Source: Bdellovibrionota bacterium (GTDB lineage Bacteria > Bdellovibrionota_C > UBA2361 > CALJRW01). From it: a stretch of DNA of 64,000 nucleotides. Numbering within the stretch: the first letter of the stretch is position 1; every line of letters begins with the position of its first letter. Below, in pieces: positions 19,800 through 29,369 of the stretch. The DNA lies in NCBI GenBank assembly GCA_041740355.1, contig JBGSMD010000046.1, forward strand, positions 19,950 through 83,949. Reading direction: 5' to 3'. Made by a program: the position numbers and the translations under genes. The notes beneath the pieces are model-generated. The model saw only the letters and a program-made list of their open reading frames with translations. It searched no databases and was not told the DNA's origin.

Positions 19800-19890
19800 A
19801 AATAACCATGTGATTTTATTATCCCTCCGAGAGACAGGGAGTATCAAAAAGTAATTTACCTCAGGAAATTAAGAACTTAATAATGATAAC
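19800..19890 (-). repeat. Copy D of the AT-hairpin intergenic repeat family (inverted orientation)
   Basis: The reverse complement reads ...taaattactttttgatactccctgtctctcggagggataataaaatcacatggttatt, which parallels copy A (taaattactttttggggctttctaacgccccgagaggggataaaaaatcatatagttata). Confidence 0.6.
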
Positions 19891-20458
19891 GATAGTATCA
19901 TTCATTAAGCTTCTCTAGGGGGTAAGCAGGAGACAAATAGTAAACCCAACTTGAAACAGATTCGTCACTCTATGGTATATCCAAAGGCACTTTGAAGAAA
20001 TCTAATAAGTGGGACTATATATATGCAGAATTTTATATCGACTAAAGTTTATTTGAAAGTATTTTGAATTTGCGATAACTGCCTGAAATCATTACACAGA
20101 AACCAGTTCAAAGAACCACAATGATCTAAGTAGTATCGATTGAGTTAAACCTAAGCTAGCTAAGGTTAGCAATCCGCAACCTCGGTCTAGTTCTACTATT
20201 TAATAACTTTCTTAAAATAGGAAATTATCAAATAAAGAATATTACTTCTCGGGCAGTGTTAAAATTGAAGCAAAATAAAAATAGAACATTAAAGAGCATA
20301 AAGAATAACTAGATGATTCATTTTAGTTAGTTGAAATGTAAAATAACTTATTGCAAATATTTTTTAACGATGTATGTTACTGGTCAGATTCAGGTGCTAC
20401 ATTTCCAGCATTGAGTCTGGCCAATATTATTGTTCTTTTTTCGCTAATGGAGAATTAC

Positions 20459-22291
20459 ATGCCAAAATTTCAACAGAAATTTAATCTCAAAAAAATCTCA
20501 TGTTTGATTTTTGCCCTACTTTTATCAATGCCAATTCAGGTATTTTCTGAAGAAGCAGAATCATCAAAAAAATTAAGCTTTGAATTTAACGACGCCAAAG
20601 AGTCAGTATTCACAGCTAAGTCAGAGTCTGATTTAGACTATCTTTTCGAAAAGTCTGCTAGCAGTGAATATGTACTTACTCTTAAGGACACTCCACTCCC
20701 AGAAGGTCAGGAAGAGTCGTTGATTGCCAAGGACGTTGCTGCCGACATCCGCTCTGTTCGATTTGTTACTAAAGGTGCAGATCTTCAGTTAAGATTCTTC
20801 ACTAAGCCAAATGTTTTCTTACAAGCTAATCAGAGCAAAGGATCAATAGTTGTTGGATCTGCTTTGGGTGAAATTGCACCAGCAGACGTAATGGCCCAAG
20901 CTAACGAAGTTGAATTAGAGGGCGAAGTTACTGGACAATTCGAAGAGTCATTTAGTGAAGGTTTCGAATCAAAGTACACTGGCCGTTTAATTTCATTAGA
21001 TCTACAAGATACCGATATTGATAACGCTTTAAGAATTATCGCTGAAGTTTCTAACTTGAATATCATAGCAAGCGATGATGTTGGTGGTAAGGTTACATTG
21101 AGACTTCAAGATGTTCCATGGGATCAAGCATTAGACGTAATTCTTAAGACTAATGGATTAGACTTAGTTCGAGAAGGAAATGTTGTTCGTATTGCTCCTC
21201 TTGAAAAATTAAGATCAGAAAGAGAAGCGCTGAAGCAAGCTAAGCAAGCTGAAGAAGAGTTAGAACCGCTTAGAGTTCAATACTTAAGAATTAGCTATGC
21301 TCGTGCCTCAGAACTACAGCCAATGATCGAAAGTATCTTAACGGAAAGAGGAAGCGTTGCATTTGACGAACGTACAAACCAGTTAATCATTAAAGATATT
21401 ACACGTGGGTTAACTAATGCTCAAAAATTGGTTGAGAAGTTGGATTTAAGAACTCCTCAAGTTTTAATTGAAGCACAAATTGTTGAAGCAACAAGAACTT
21501 TCACAAGAAGACTTGGTAGTCAGTTAGGTTTCAATTTGCTGCGTTCTCCAGATCTTGGAAATGCTCTTCCTTACAATTTCCCTAACTCAGCAGAAATTGG
21601 TGGTTCGGCAGTTTCTCCAACTGGGGAATCAAACGGTAACGTTTCTGAATTTGCTAACGGTGAATCTTCTGCTCTTAGCTTCTTATTCGGTAGTTCCGAT
21701 GGATCAAAAAGCTTAAGTTTTCGTTTAACTCAAGCAGAAGAAGAAGGTGTAGCTAAAATTGTAAGCCGACCTTCGGTTGCTGTAGCTAATAACACGCCTG
21801 CAGAAATTAAGGCTGTTAGAAAGTTAAGAATTAAACTTCCAGCAGGTGGTGGCGTTAATATCGGTGTTGGAGCAGGTGCTGCCGGCGGCGGAGGTGGTAA
21901 CGTTGCAACTGAGACGATCGAAGTTGGTATTGTTCTTAATGTTACTGCGCAAGCGTCCCCAGATTATTTTGTTCTTATGGACATCGATGCCAAGTCAAGC
22001 TCACTAGGTACTTTCGATATCGAAGGGGTACCTGAAGAGTTAGAGAGATCTGCTACTTCTAGCGTACTAGTATCAAGTGGACAGACATTTGCTATGGGTG
22101 GAATTTACAAAATTGATGAGACTAATGGTACTAATGGAATACCTTTCTTTAAGGATATCCCTGTACTAGGTCACTTCTTTAGAAGTGCAACAACAATCGA
22201 TTCAGATCAAGAGTTGCTGTTTTTCTTAACTCCTCGAATCATCGAAGGAAGTTTTGATGATGCAGCTTTAGAAGATGAGTCAGAAGTATAA
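20459..22291 (+). CDS. Secretin (PilQ/GspD superfamily outer-membrane channel)
   Basis: Signal peptide MPKFQQKFNLKKISCLIFALLLSMPIQVFS. Secretin_N-like region VRIAPLEKL...RTNQLIIKD...QVLIEAQIVEA. C-terminal secretin domain with the FAMGGI...IPFFKDIPVLGHFF...ELLFFLTPRII end. GGAG lies 6 nt upstream of the ATG at 20459. Confidence 0.85.
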   Translation: MPKFQQKFNLKKISCLIFALLLSMPIQVFSEEAESSKKLSFEFNDAKESVFTAKSESDLDYLFEKSASSEYVLTLKDTPLPEGQEESLIAKDVAADIRSVRFVTKGADLQLRFFTKPNVFLQANQSKGSIVVGSALGEIAPADVMAQANEVELEGEVTGQFEESFSEGFESKYTGRLISLDLQDTDIDNALRIIAEVSNLNIIASDDVGGKVTLRLQDVPWDQALDVILKTNGLDLVREGNVVRIAPLEKLRSEREALKQAKQAEEELEPLRVQYLRISYARASELQPMIESILTERGSVAFDERTNQLIIKDITRGLTNAQKLVEKLDLRTPQVLIEAQIVEATRTFTRRLGSQLGFNLLRSPDLGNALPYNFPNSAEIGGSAVSPTGESNGNVSEFANGESSALSFLFGSSDGSKSLSFRLTQAEEEGVAKIVSRPSVAVANNTPAEIKAVRKLRIKLPAGGGVNIGVGAGAAGGGGGNVATETIEVGIVLNVTAQASPDYFVLMDIDAKSSSLGTFDIEGVPEELERSATSSVLVSSGQTFAMGGIYKIDETNGTNGIPFFKDIPVLGHFFRSATTIDSDQELLFFLTPRIIEGSFDDAALEDESEV

Positions 22292-22312
22292 TTTTTCTTG
22301 GAGATATATCAG

Positions 22313-22963
22313 ATGAAACTTATTAAACTGTTTCTAATTACATTTGTAGCCTTTGCCGTATCATGTGGTGACTCCACTAGAAATGATAATGGTGTTAGCT
22401 TTACTTTTTTTGGATGGTTCCAGGATGATGCTGGAGATGTTGGAGCAACTAGCGGCACTTTGCCACTGGATGGTTCTGGAATAAATAGTAATAATGTACA
22501 GCTTTTTGGAGGCTTGCAAAATAACTTAACAGGCCAGTTCATTAGAATTGAGCGAGCATTCCATAGCTATACTGTGCCAGGCAGTTCAATCAGAATTCCT
22601 GATACATCTGTTGGTGTTGCTTCGTTTGTAAGGCCACCAGTAGTAGGTACTGGTGATGCTGTTCAAAGCGGAACTACATTACCAACAAATGCTTTCACAG
22701 ATGCAGGTGCTGCTTATGCTGGAACGTCTTTAGTTCCACCATCAATTGGACAGTATATTTCTTTAAACAGATCGCAGTTACCTGAACTTCCATTTCAAAT
22801 GATTATTACTACATATTATGAAGGTGTAACATCAGGTGGTAGAAGAATTCAGTCTAACCCAATCCAATTAGAAATAGTAGTTGTTTCCGATTTAGATTTA
22901 GGTGGTGGTGCAGTAGATGAAGGCGCACCAGTAGATGAAGTGCCAGTTGAGGATCTTCCTTAA
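22313..22963 (+). CDS. Lipoprotein of unknown function
   Basis: MKLIKLFLITFVAFAVSCGD has a lipobox-like signal. The protein is Gly/Ser/Thr-rich. It lies immediately downstream of the secretin. Confidence 0.6.
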   Translation: MKLIKLFLITFVAFAVSCGDSTRNDNGVSFTFFGWFQDDAGDVGATSGTLPLDGSGINSNNVQLFGGLQNNLTGQFIRIERAFHSYTVPGSSIRIPDTSVGVASFVRPPVVGTGDAVQSGTTLPTNAFTDAGAAYAGTSLVPPSIGQYISLNRSQLPELPFQMIITTYYEGVTSGGRRIQSNPIQLEIVVVSDLDLGGGAVDEGAPVDEVPVEDLP

Positions 22964-23017
22964 TTTTAAACTTCTATATTTATAATGAATAATATTTTTT
23001 TAATAAGGAAGGCTTTA

Positions 23018-24004
23018 ATGAATAAGAAATTATTTCTAATTCTTCTTACTCTTGTTTCCATGGCAACTGTTGCCTGTAACAGTAGTAAAACAGATGAAAG
23101 TGGCGAGAGCGATTTATCATCAATTTTTGTATCGGATGATGGCAACACTGGTTCGATTGAGATCCGTTTGGATTCTAATGTAGTTCCAGTCGCCGGAACA
23201 GCAAACTTTCAAGTTACAGCAAAAGGAGCCGATGGGCAGTTAGTTGATAACGTTAGAATCGTTTGTGATACCGAAAACGATCTCAGAATTATTGAGCCTA
23301 GTTCAGGATCTTTTTTCACCGCAAGTTTTGGTTCAGCCAGTGGCGTAATTGGTTGTGAAGATACTGGTAGCTTCTTATTTGCATGTGGACTTGGTGGTGC
23401 TCAAAGAAGCATGAGAGACACTGTTCTTATTAAGTGTGAAGGAACTCGACCAATTGGTTTTGCAGGCTTTCCTGGTTCTGCCGGTGGTGGACTTGGTAAC
23501 GGGGTAACTGATGTTGGTAACGATGAAGAAGAAGACGAAGAAGGCTTTACTGTTCGTTTGACAGGCGTTGAATTCATTGAATTAGGCGGTTCAACAACAT
23601 CAATTGATATCCAACAAGGTGGAGACTGTGATGGTGATAATACTACTAACGATCCTGAACCATTTGGAGACGCATCGGTAAGATTCACTGTTAGCAATAG
23701 CACAGAACAGATCGTTCGTTATACATCTTACAGCTACGAAGTTTTAGATTTAAATGGAAGTGTTACACAAAGATCACCTGTCCTAAATCTAATCGGAGAG
23801 GCAGTCGGTGGTGGCGCAACTGGAACATTTAATGGTCTATTCGGATTTGCAGATAATGGACAGAAATTTGTACCAAGTGGATCACAGTTTAGTTCAGGTT
23901 TTAAAAACATTAGATTTACTCTATTTGGAACTCTTTCCGACGGAAGCCAGCAGAACATTACAGCTAGTCAAGCGGGTAGTTTTAATAATTTTGACAATTG
24001 CTAG
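23018..24004 (+). CDS. Lipoprotein of unknown function
   Basis: MNKKLFLILLTLVSMATVACNS is a lipobox signal. It has an acidic, Gly-rich periplasmic domain. The track start at 22985 is also possible. Confidence 0.6.
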   Translation: MNKKLFLILLTLVSMATVACNSSKTDESGESDLSSIFVSDDGNTGSIEIRLDSNVVPVAGTANFQVTAKGADGQLVDNVRIVCDTENDLRIIEPSSGSFFTASFGSASGVIGCEDTGSFLFACGLGGAQRSMRDTVLIKCEGTRPIGFAGFPGSAGGGLGNGVTDVGNDEEEDEEGFTVRLTGVEFIELGGSTTSIDIQQGGDCDGDNTTNDPEPFGDASVRFTVSNSTEQIVRYTSYSYEVLDLNGSVTQRSPVLNLIGEAVGGGATGTFNGLFGFADNGQKFVPSGSQFSSGFKNIRFTLFGTLSDGSQQNITASQAGSFNNFDNC

Positions 24005-24043
24005 CCTAGCTTGAGTTTTAAGCTAAATTAACCTATAAAAATA

Positions 24044-24068
24044 AGCCGTTTCAACACGGCTTTTTTTA
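24044..24068 (+). terminator. Rho-independent terminator after the lipoprotein genes
   Basis: agccgt-ttcaac-acggct followed by ttttttt. Confidence 0.7.
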
Positions 24069-24084
24069 TTTTCAATCTCAAACA

Positions 24085-24567
24085 ATGAACCTTAAAGACT
24101 TACAAAAGATAATTGATATCTTAAAAGAGAGCGATGTTAATGAGTTTCACCTTGAAGAAGAAGGAACATCCATTAAATTAATTAGAGGCACGTCATTTGC
24201 ACAGCAACCTCAACTACAAATGCAAAATTTTGCTCCGCAATACGCGCAGCAACAACAAATTCCAACTAGTGTTACTGTTAACGTTCCAGTTAATGCTGCA
24301 CCGGAAGCTCCAAAAGAAGATGAAGGCATGTTTAAAGTGGAGTCTCCGATCGTCGGAACATTCTACCGAAAATCTTCTCCCGACTCTCCTGCCTTTGTTG
24401 ATGTTGGTAAGGTAGTTAAAAAGGGTGAGAAGCTTTGCATCATCGAAGCAATGAAATTGATGAATGAAATTGATGCCCCAATTTCAGGAACTATTGAAAA
24501 GATATTGGTACAAGATGCCCAAGTTGTAGAATTTGGAGAACCACTCTTCTTAATTCGTCCTTCATAA
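24085..24567 (+). CDS. accB: Acetyl-CoA carboxylase biotin carboxyl carrier protein
   Basis: The biotinylation motif CIIEAMKLMNEI is present, and there is a Pro/Ala/Gln linker. Confidence 0.95.
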   Translation: MNLKDLQKIIDILKESDVNEFHLEEEGTSIKLIRGTSFAQQPQLQMQNFAPQYAQQQQIPTSVTVNVPVNAAPEAPKEDEGMFKVESPIVGTFYRKSSPDSPAFVDVGKVVKKGEKLCIIEAMKLMNEIDAPISGTIEKILVQDAQVVEFGEPLFLIRPS

Positions 24568-24586
24568 TCTGATCAAGCTAAATAAT

Positions 24587-25951
24587 ATGTCTGAACCACT
24601 TAAGTTTAATAAAATCTTAATAGCAAACCGTGGAGAAATTGCCCTCCGAGTAATTCGTGCCTGCCATGAATTAGGAATTAAAACAGTAGCCATTCACTCC
24701 ACAGCAGATGTTGAAGCATTACACGTTAAGCTCGCTACAGAATCAATTTGTGTCGGTCCGGCTTCAGCTAAGCTTAGTTATTTAAATATCCCTTCTGTAG
24801 TTTCAGCAGCTGTAGCAACTGGTGCTGATGCCATTCACCCTGGGTATGGATTTTTAAGTGAAAACTCCAAATTTGCCGAAGTTTGCGCATCTTGTGGCAT
24901 AACCTTTATTGGTCCAAATGTTAAAAACATGCGAATGATGGGTGACAAGGCTCGGGCTCGTAGGGCTGCCGAAAAAGCTGGAGTTCCAACCATTCCAGGA
25001 ATAAGTGAAGGTTTAATTGATTCTAAAGCAGCACTTCCAATCGCAGAGGAAATTGGATATCCGGTACTATTAAAAAGCTGTGCTGGTGGTGGTGGGCGTG
25101 GCATGAAGATCGTTCATAACTCTGATGAGTTTGATAACCTATTTAATACGGCAGCACGAGAAGTAGAAGCTGCCTTTGGCGATCCAAGCTTAATCATCGA
25201 AAAGTTTTTACCACGAGTAAGGCATATTGAAGTTCAAATTGCTGGTGATAAACAAGGTAATGTTGTTCATTTAGGGATTCGCGATTGTTCGATGCAACGT
25301 CGCTATCAAAAACTTGTTGAGGAATCTCCTTCGATTGGATTATCCCAAGAACTTCAAGAGCAGATTCAAAATGCTGCTGTGGAATTGGGACGTTCTGCCA
25401 ACTACACAAATGTAGGTACAGTAGAATTCTTAGCGGATCTAGAAGCTAATCGCTTCTATTTCATTGAGATGAATACAAGATTACAAGTTGAACATCCAGT
25501 AACTGAGATGGCGACCGGAATTGACTTGGTCAAGGAACAGATTAGCTTAGCTGCAGGTAACCCATTAAGTAAGACGCAAGAACAGATTCAATCTACAGGT
25601 CATACTATTGAAGTCCGAATTAATGCCGAAGATTCCAGAACTTATGTTCCCTCACCTGGGAAGATCACCAGCTTTCATGCCCCAGGAGGTTTCGGAGTGC
25701 GTGTTGATTCTGCAATTTATCACGGATATGTGGTGCAACCTCACTATGATTCCATGATTGCCAAGTTAATTGTTAAAGCTGATACCAGAGAGAAATGTAT
25801 AAATAAAGCTTTAGTAGCACTTGATGAGTTTATTATCGAAGGCATTAAAACTAATATAGAAATGCAAAGAAGGATTCTGATGAATGCCGATTTTCGTAGC
25901 GGGAATTTCTATACCAAATATTTAGATAACGTTGATTTATTTGCTAGTTAG
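24587..25951 (+). CDS. accC: Acetyl-CoA carboxylase biotin carboxylase subunit
   Basis: ILIANRGEIALRVIRAC...ATP-grasp motifs...EMNTRLQVEHPVTE. Confidence 0.95.
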   Translation: MSEPLKFNKILIANRGEIALRVIRACHELGIKTVAIHSTADVEALHVKLATESICVGPASAKLSYLNIPSVVSAAVATGADAIHPGYGFLSENSKFAEVCASCGITFIGPNVKNMRMMGDKARARRAAEKAGVPTIPGISEGLIDSKAALPIAEEIGYPVLLKSCAGGGGRGMKIVHNSDEFDNLFNTAAREVEAAFGDPSLIIEKFLPRVRHIEVQIAGDKQGNVVHLGIRDCSMQRRYQKLVEESPSIGLSQELQEQIQNAAVELGRSANYTNVGTVEFLADLEANRFYFIEMNTRLQVEHPVTEMATGIDLVKEQISLAAGNPLSKTQEQIQSTGHTIEVRINAEDSRTYVPSPGKITSFHAPGGFGVRVDSAIYHGYVVQPHYDSMIAKLIVKADTREKCINKALVALDEFIIEGIKTNIEMQRRILMNADFRSGNFYTKYLDNVDLFAS

Positions 25952-25958
25952 ATTACTA

Positions 25959-26984
25959 ATGAAAATTTCCAGCATTAGTATATTTATTCTCACTATACTT
26001 TCCGTATTTCCTTACTCCTTGACTCAAGCACAAACAGAGGACTTGAAATCAACTATTCAAGTTGATACTAGTGACTATAGCTTTGGAAGCGTACTAGAAG
26101 GTGAGAAAATTAAAACAAGCTTCAACATCTCCAACACGGGGAATGCACCACTAAATATTATTAATCTCATTCCAGGATGTGGCTGCCTGATTGCCAAGCT
26201 TGATTCGCAAGTTGTTGAACCTGGTGGAAACCTCCCGGTGTCTGTTGAGTTTGATACGCGTGGATTTATCGGCCAACAGTCACAACAACTTGCGATAAAT
26301 ACTGACAACTTAGAACAAAAACAGCTTGTCTTTACGATCCATGGTCAAGTGGAACCAGAGGTTATGATTGAACCTAATAGAATCTTTATTTCTCAAATTT
26401 CTGCAAAGGAATTAATCAAGTTGCCCACGATTAAGTTTAAAGTAACTGTTAATTCCAAGAGTAAGGCAGAAATTACGGAGTTGCTTGATTTGAGTCAGCT
26501 GCTGGAAATTAGTGACTTACAGATAGCTCCTAAAAAGGCTACATTTTTAACAAAGTATCTTACGCCCGAGAAACCTGGATTGTATCGAGATCGACTTTCG
26601 ATTAATTTAAAAAATGCTAGTCGAAAGAATTATAACGTCCCTGTTTTTATTAAAGTTCAGGAGCCACTGGAAATTATTCCACCAGCATTATCATTTGGAC
26701 TTTTAAAGCCAGGATCAGAGACAACAAAGATCTTAAAATTGAAGTTTCCTAAAGAAATGGGCTTAAAAATTACTGAGGTAAATTCGGAAAACTTGGCAAT
26801 TTCAGCAATTGTGCAAACTGGAAAATCCAAGGATGATTCAATTAGTTTGCAGGTATCTATTGATCCGTCAGCAGTAAAAGAGAGTATTCTGACCGATTTA
26901 GTATTAACTACTAATCAGGAAGAACTCAAAGAGATTCGAGTTAATGTCTTTGCTACTGTTCCACCTAGGATTGAAGAGCCGTAG
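25959..26984 (+). CDS. DUF1573 domain secreted protein
   Basis: There is a signal peptide. NISNTGNAPLNIINLIPGCGCLIAKLD carries the DUF1573 CGC motif. Confidence 0.7.
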   Translation: MKISSISIFILTILSVFPYSLTQAQTEDLKSTIQVDTSDYSFGSVLEGEKIKTSFNISNTGNAPLNIINLIPGCGCLIAKLDSQVVEPGGNLPVSVEFDTRGFIGQQSQQLAINTDNLEQKQLVFTIHGQVEPEVMIEPNRIFISQISAKELIKLPTIKFKVTVNSKSKAEITELLDLSQLLEISDLQIAPKKATFLTKYLTPEKPGLYRDRLSINLKNASRKNYNVPVFIKVQEPLEIIPPALSFGLLKPGSETTKILKLKFPKEMGLKITEVNSENLAISAIVQTGKSKDDSISLQVSIDPSAVKESILTDLVLTTNQEELKEIRVNVFATVPPRIEEP

Positions 26985-27091
26985 ATTGGGATTTAAGTTT
27001 TCTCGGTTTTTAAGTGGATGTATAGCGAGTCCCAAGAGGATTTCCGTTAATGCAATTGTTTTTACGGCTAAAAAATAGCAAAGAGATTAAT

Positions 27092-27123
27092 TATGTACCC
27101 AGCGATATTTAAATATCGCTGGG
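27092..27123. other. Perfect 13-bp-arm palindrome
   Basis: acccagcgatattt aa atatcgctgggt. No T-tract follows it, so its function is unclear. Confidence 0.4.
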
Positions 27124-27204
27124 TAAAACATTATAACCAAATTAATCCCAACGGGGGTCGATTCAAACACTGTATGAAGAATACGCTGGTGATTTAATAT
27201 AGTT

Positions 27205-28863
27205 ATGTATTACTTGAAGAATTTAATTATTTTCATACTAATCGCCTGCAGTGCGAACTTGTCTTTTGCTGACAAAATTACGATTTTTAATTTAAGTTTT
27301 GAATATACTGTTGAGTCTGAGATTGATGCAGATCAGAAAGAAATTAAAATTGGAGATTATTCAAAAATAATCAAAATCAAAAATCTTCAAGAATTTTTAG
27401 TAGAGCATTACTTTTTAAATTCCAAAACTAGCTACTCCTTTTCTGAGATCTCGGAGTTTTTAAAGCAAGCTATTGCTGCTTCTGCTCAGCCGTTTGTTTT
27501 TTTAACGGTAAAAAAAATAAGCGGAGAAAGAGACTGGACTTACCAACAAGCTGCTGAATTGTTGGATCAACTAACTCCAGCCTTAGTTGCTGAAATTGCA
27601 CGAAAAGATCAGTTTGAAATGACCTATGAATTAAGTAAGCGGACCAATACTGGAAAATACCTACTTTTAATTGCTCTTGAGCATTACTCTACTAATTTTT
27701 TAAATAATTGTTGCTCCAAACCTTTTGATTTAGTTCCGACTATTGCTTTTTATTTAAAGCAACAATTAGCCAAAGGAAAGGCACCAATTGAAATAATTAA
27801 TGATTTTTATCGTAAGAAGTCTACGGTTGTTAATAATGAAGAAATCAAAACAATTGAAAAGATTATTTCTGATTTTATAGTTCTGGCACAATTAAATTCT
27901 AGCTTTCCCAAGACGTATCTGGCCTTAGCTGAGAAGCATCCCCAATATTTTGCTGAGTTAAAAGAATTTCTATTAACACTTCGGGAGCAAGCACTAGACA
28001 ATGCTATTAATCTAAAGAACTTCCAAATAGCCTTTGATTTATTACTTCTTCAGGATGTTAATGAAAGAACAGAAACTACTCACCAACTAGTAAATCAATT
28101 ATTGAAGAATATTGATTTAGGATTTGCCCCGCTTTTAATCATTGATCCCTACAAGTCATACATTAGCGCAATTGCAGAAAAAGATTTCCAAGTTAAGGAA
28201 ACCTTCATTGCGAAGTTGGAAGAGATTATTACTAGCCTTGTATTAAGTGGAAAGACCTTTGAGGCTAAGGAATATTTAGCAGAAGTATTTAATTATCGAG
28301 TTAATCCCAATAGTGATAATACAAATTTAATTTTTATCCTAGTTAAGGAGTTTGATAAGAAGAATCTAAGAGATCAAGTTTATTTACTGCGCGATACTTA
28401 TCAGTCAAGTTATTCATTGAAGCAGAAATTTTGGTTTTTTAAAAACGGCTACTACTTTAGCTTGCTTTTTGTTTGGGGATTTATTGGACTCTTGATCGGA
28501 TTCTTTGTCTTAGTATATTTAAAGATAATTAAGATTGATAAGTTTAGAGAGGCAATCAAGAAATCCTTAAAAGAGGTTATTAATTTAAAAACTATTAAAC
28601 CTAAGGATCCAGCGACTGAATTTAGCCAAAAATTTGATCAATTAAACAGTGATCGTCAAAAGTATAAATCGATGCTCAAGTACTTTGAGATGAATGAGAA
28701 ATGCACCTTGGAGCAAATTAAGAGTAATTATCGTAAAAAAATAAAAGCGTATCATCCCGATCTTAACCCCACTCAAACTGAATTGGATAGGTTAAAGTTT
28801 TTGGAGATTACAGAGCGTTATGAGGAGCTTCTAGGTCTATACTCTCGCTTTGGCCCGAAGTAG
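27205..28863 (+). CDS. Membrane protein with a C-terminal J (DnaJ) domain
   Basis: There is a signal peptide, a TM segment (SLLFVWGFIGLLIGFFVLVYL) and a C-terminal J domain (YRKKIKAYHPDLNP...). Confidence 0.65.
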   Translation: MYYLKNLIIFILIACSANLSFADKITIFNLSFEYTVESEIDADQKEIKIGDYSKIIKIKNLQEFLVEHYFLNSKTSYSFSEISEFLKQAIAASAQPFVFLTVKKISGERDWTYQQAAELLDQLTPALVAEIARKDQFEMTYELSKRTNTGKYLLLIALEHYSTNFLNNCCSKPFDLVPTIAFYLKQQLAKGKAPIEIINDFYRKKSTVVNNEEIKTIEKIISDFIVLAQLNSSFPKTYLALAEKHPQYFAELKEFLLTLREQALDNAINLKNFQIAFDLLLLQDVNERTETTHQLVNQLLKNIDLGFAPLLIIDPYKSYISAIAEKDFQVKETFIAKLEEIITSLVLSGKTFEAKEYLAEVFNYRVNPNSDNTNLIFILVKEFDKKNLRDQVYLLRDTYQSSYSLKQKFWFFKNGYYFSLLFVWGFIGLLIGFFVLVYLKIIKIDKFREAIKKSLKEVINLKTIKPKDPATEFSQKFDQLNSDRQKYKSMLKYFEMNEKCTLEQIKSNYRKKIKAYHPDLNPTQTELDRLKFLEITERYEELLGLYSRFGPK

Positions 28864-29107
28864 CTCTCGGTTTCTTAACCTGTTAGTCATATTTAACGGC
28901 TCTAAACTGTAAACTTTTCTAGGAGCTAACAGTATGCCCCTCCAGATTTGTTGCTGTTTATTGCCGAGTGACTTGTCTTGAAGTTTTAAATTATTCATGC
29001 CAATTACATTGCAAAAAGCATGCCAGCAAGAATATGAGTTTTACACTAGAAAACTGTTGCTGACCTGTAGATAATTTAATCACCCCCTGTTGAGTTTTTC
29101 AGCAAGT

Positions 29108-29212
29108 AAAGCTACTCTCACTTTGGGCGAAGCGCGAGGTAGCTTGCGAAACTGGTCAGATTCGGAAGGAAGCAGCCATAAGCGAATCCTACTTGTGTTG
29201 CTTCGCCCTCTT
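29108..29212 (+). ncRNA. ffs: Signal recognition particle RNA (4.5S/SRP RNA)
   Basis: The domain IV consensus cuggucagauucGGAAGGAAGCAGCCauaag is present. The closing helix gggcgaagc...gcttcgccc is present. The position immediately upstream of dnaX is the conserved ffs-dnaX-ybaB-recR arrangement. The ends are approximate. Confidence 0.75.
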
Positions 29213-29228
29213 TCGCCAAGGCTTCAGC

Positions 29229-29250
29229 GGGTAAACCCGTTTTCTCCCCT
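29229..29250 (+). terminator. Terminator hairpin after the SRP RNA
   Basis: cgggtaaacccg followed by ttttctcccctttt. Confidence 0.5.
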
Positions 29251-29292
29251 TTTAACTTATTTTTAACAGGCATTCATGCCCGTTAAAAATAA
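29246..29292. other. Roughly 20-bp-arm AT-rich palindrome between the SRP RNA and dnaX
   Basis: ttaacttatttttaacaggcat tc atgcccgttaaaaataagttat. Confidence 0.4.
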
Positions 29293-29369
29293 GTTATCAC
29301 GCCATAGCACGCAGTGCGAAGGCGGATTGCATATAGTGTATAGATCTTTTCTTTTGTATAATCTTCCAC

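Noticed and set aside
22985-23148. Alternative start for the second lipoprotein (22985) and minus-strand ORF 22966..23148
   Set aside because: The lipobox signal peptide begins at the downstream Met (about 23018). The minus ORF is antisense noise. Hand-derived coordinates here may be off by 1 nt, because the displayed sequence and the ORF track disagree by a single base around 22981 and 23100.
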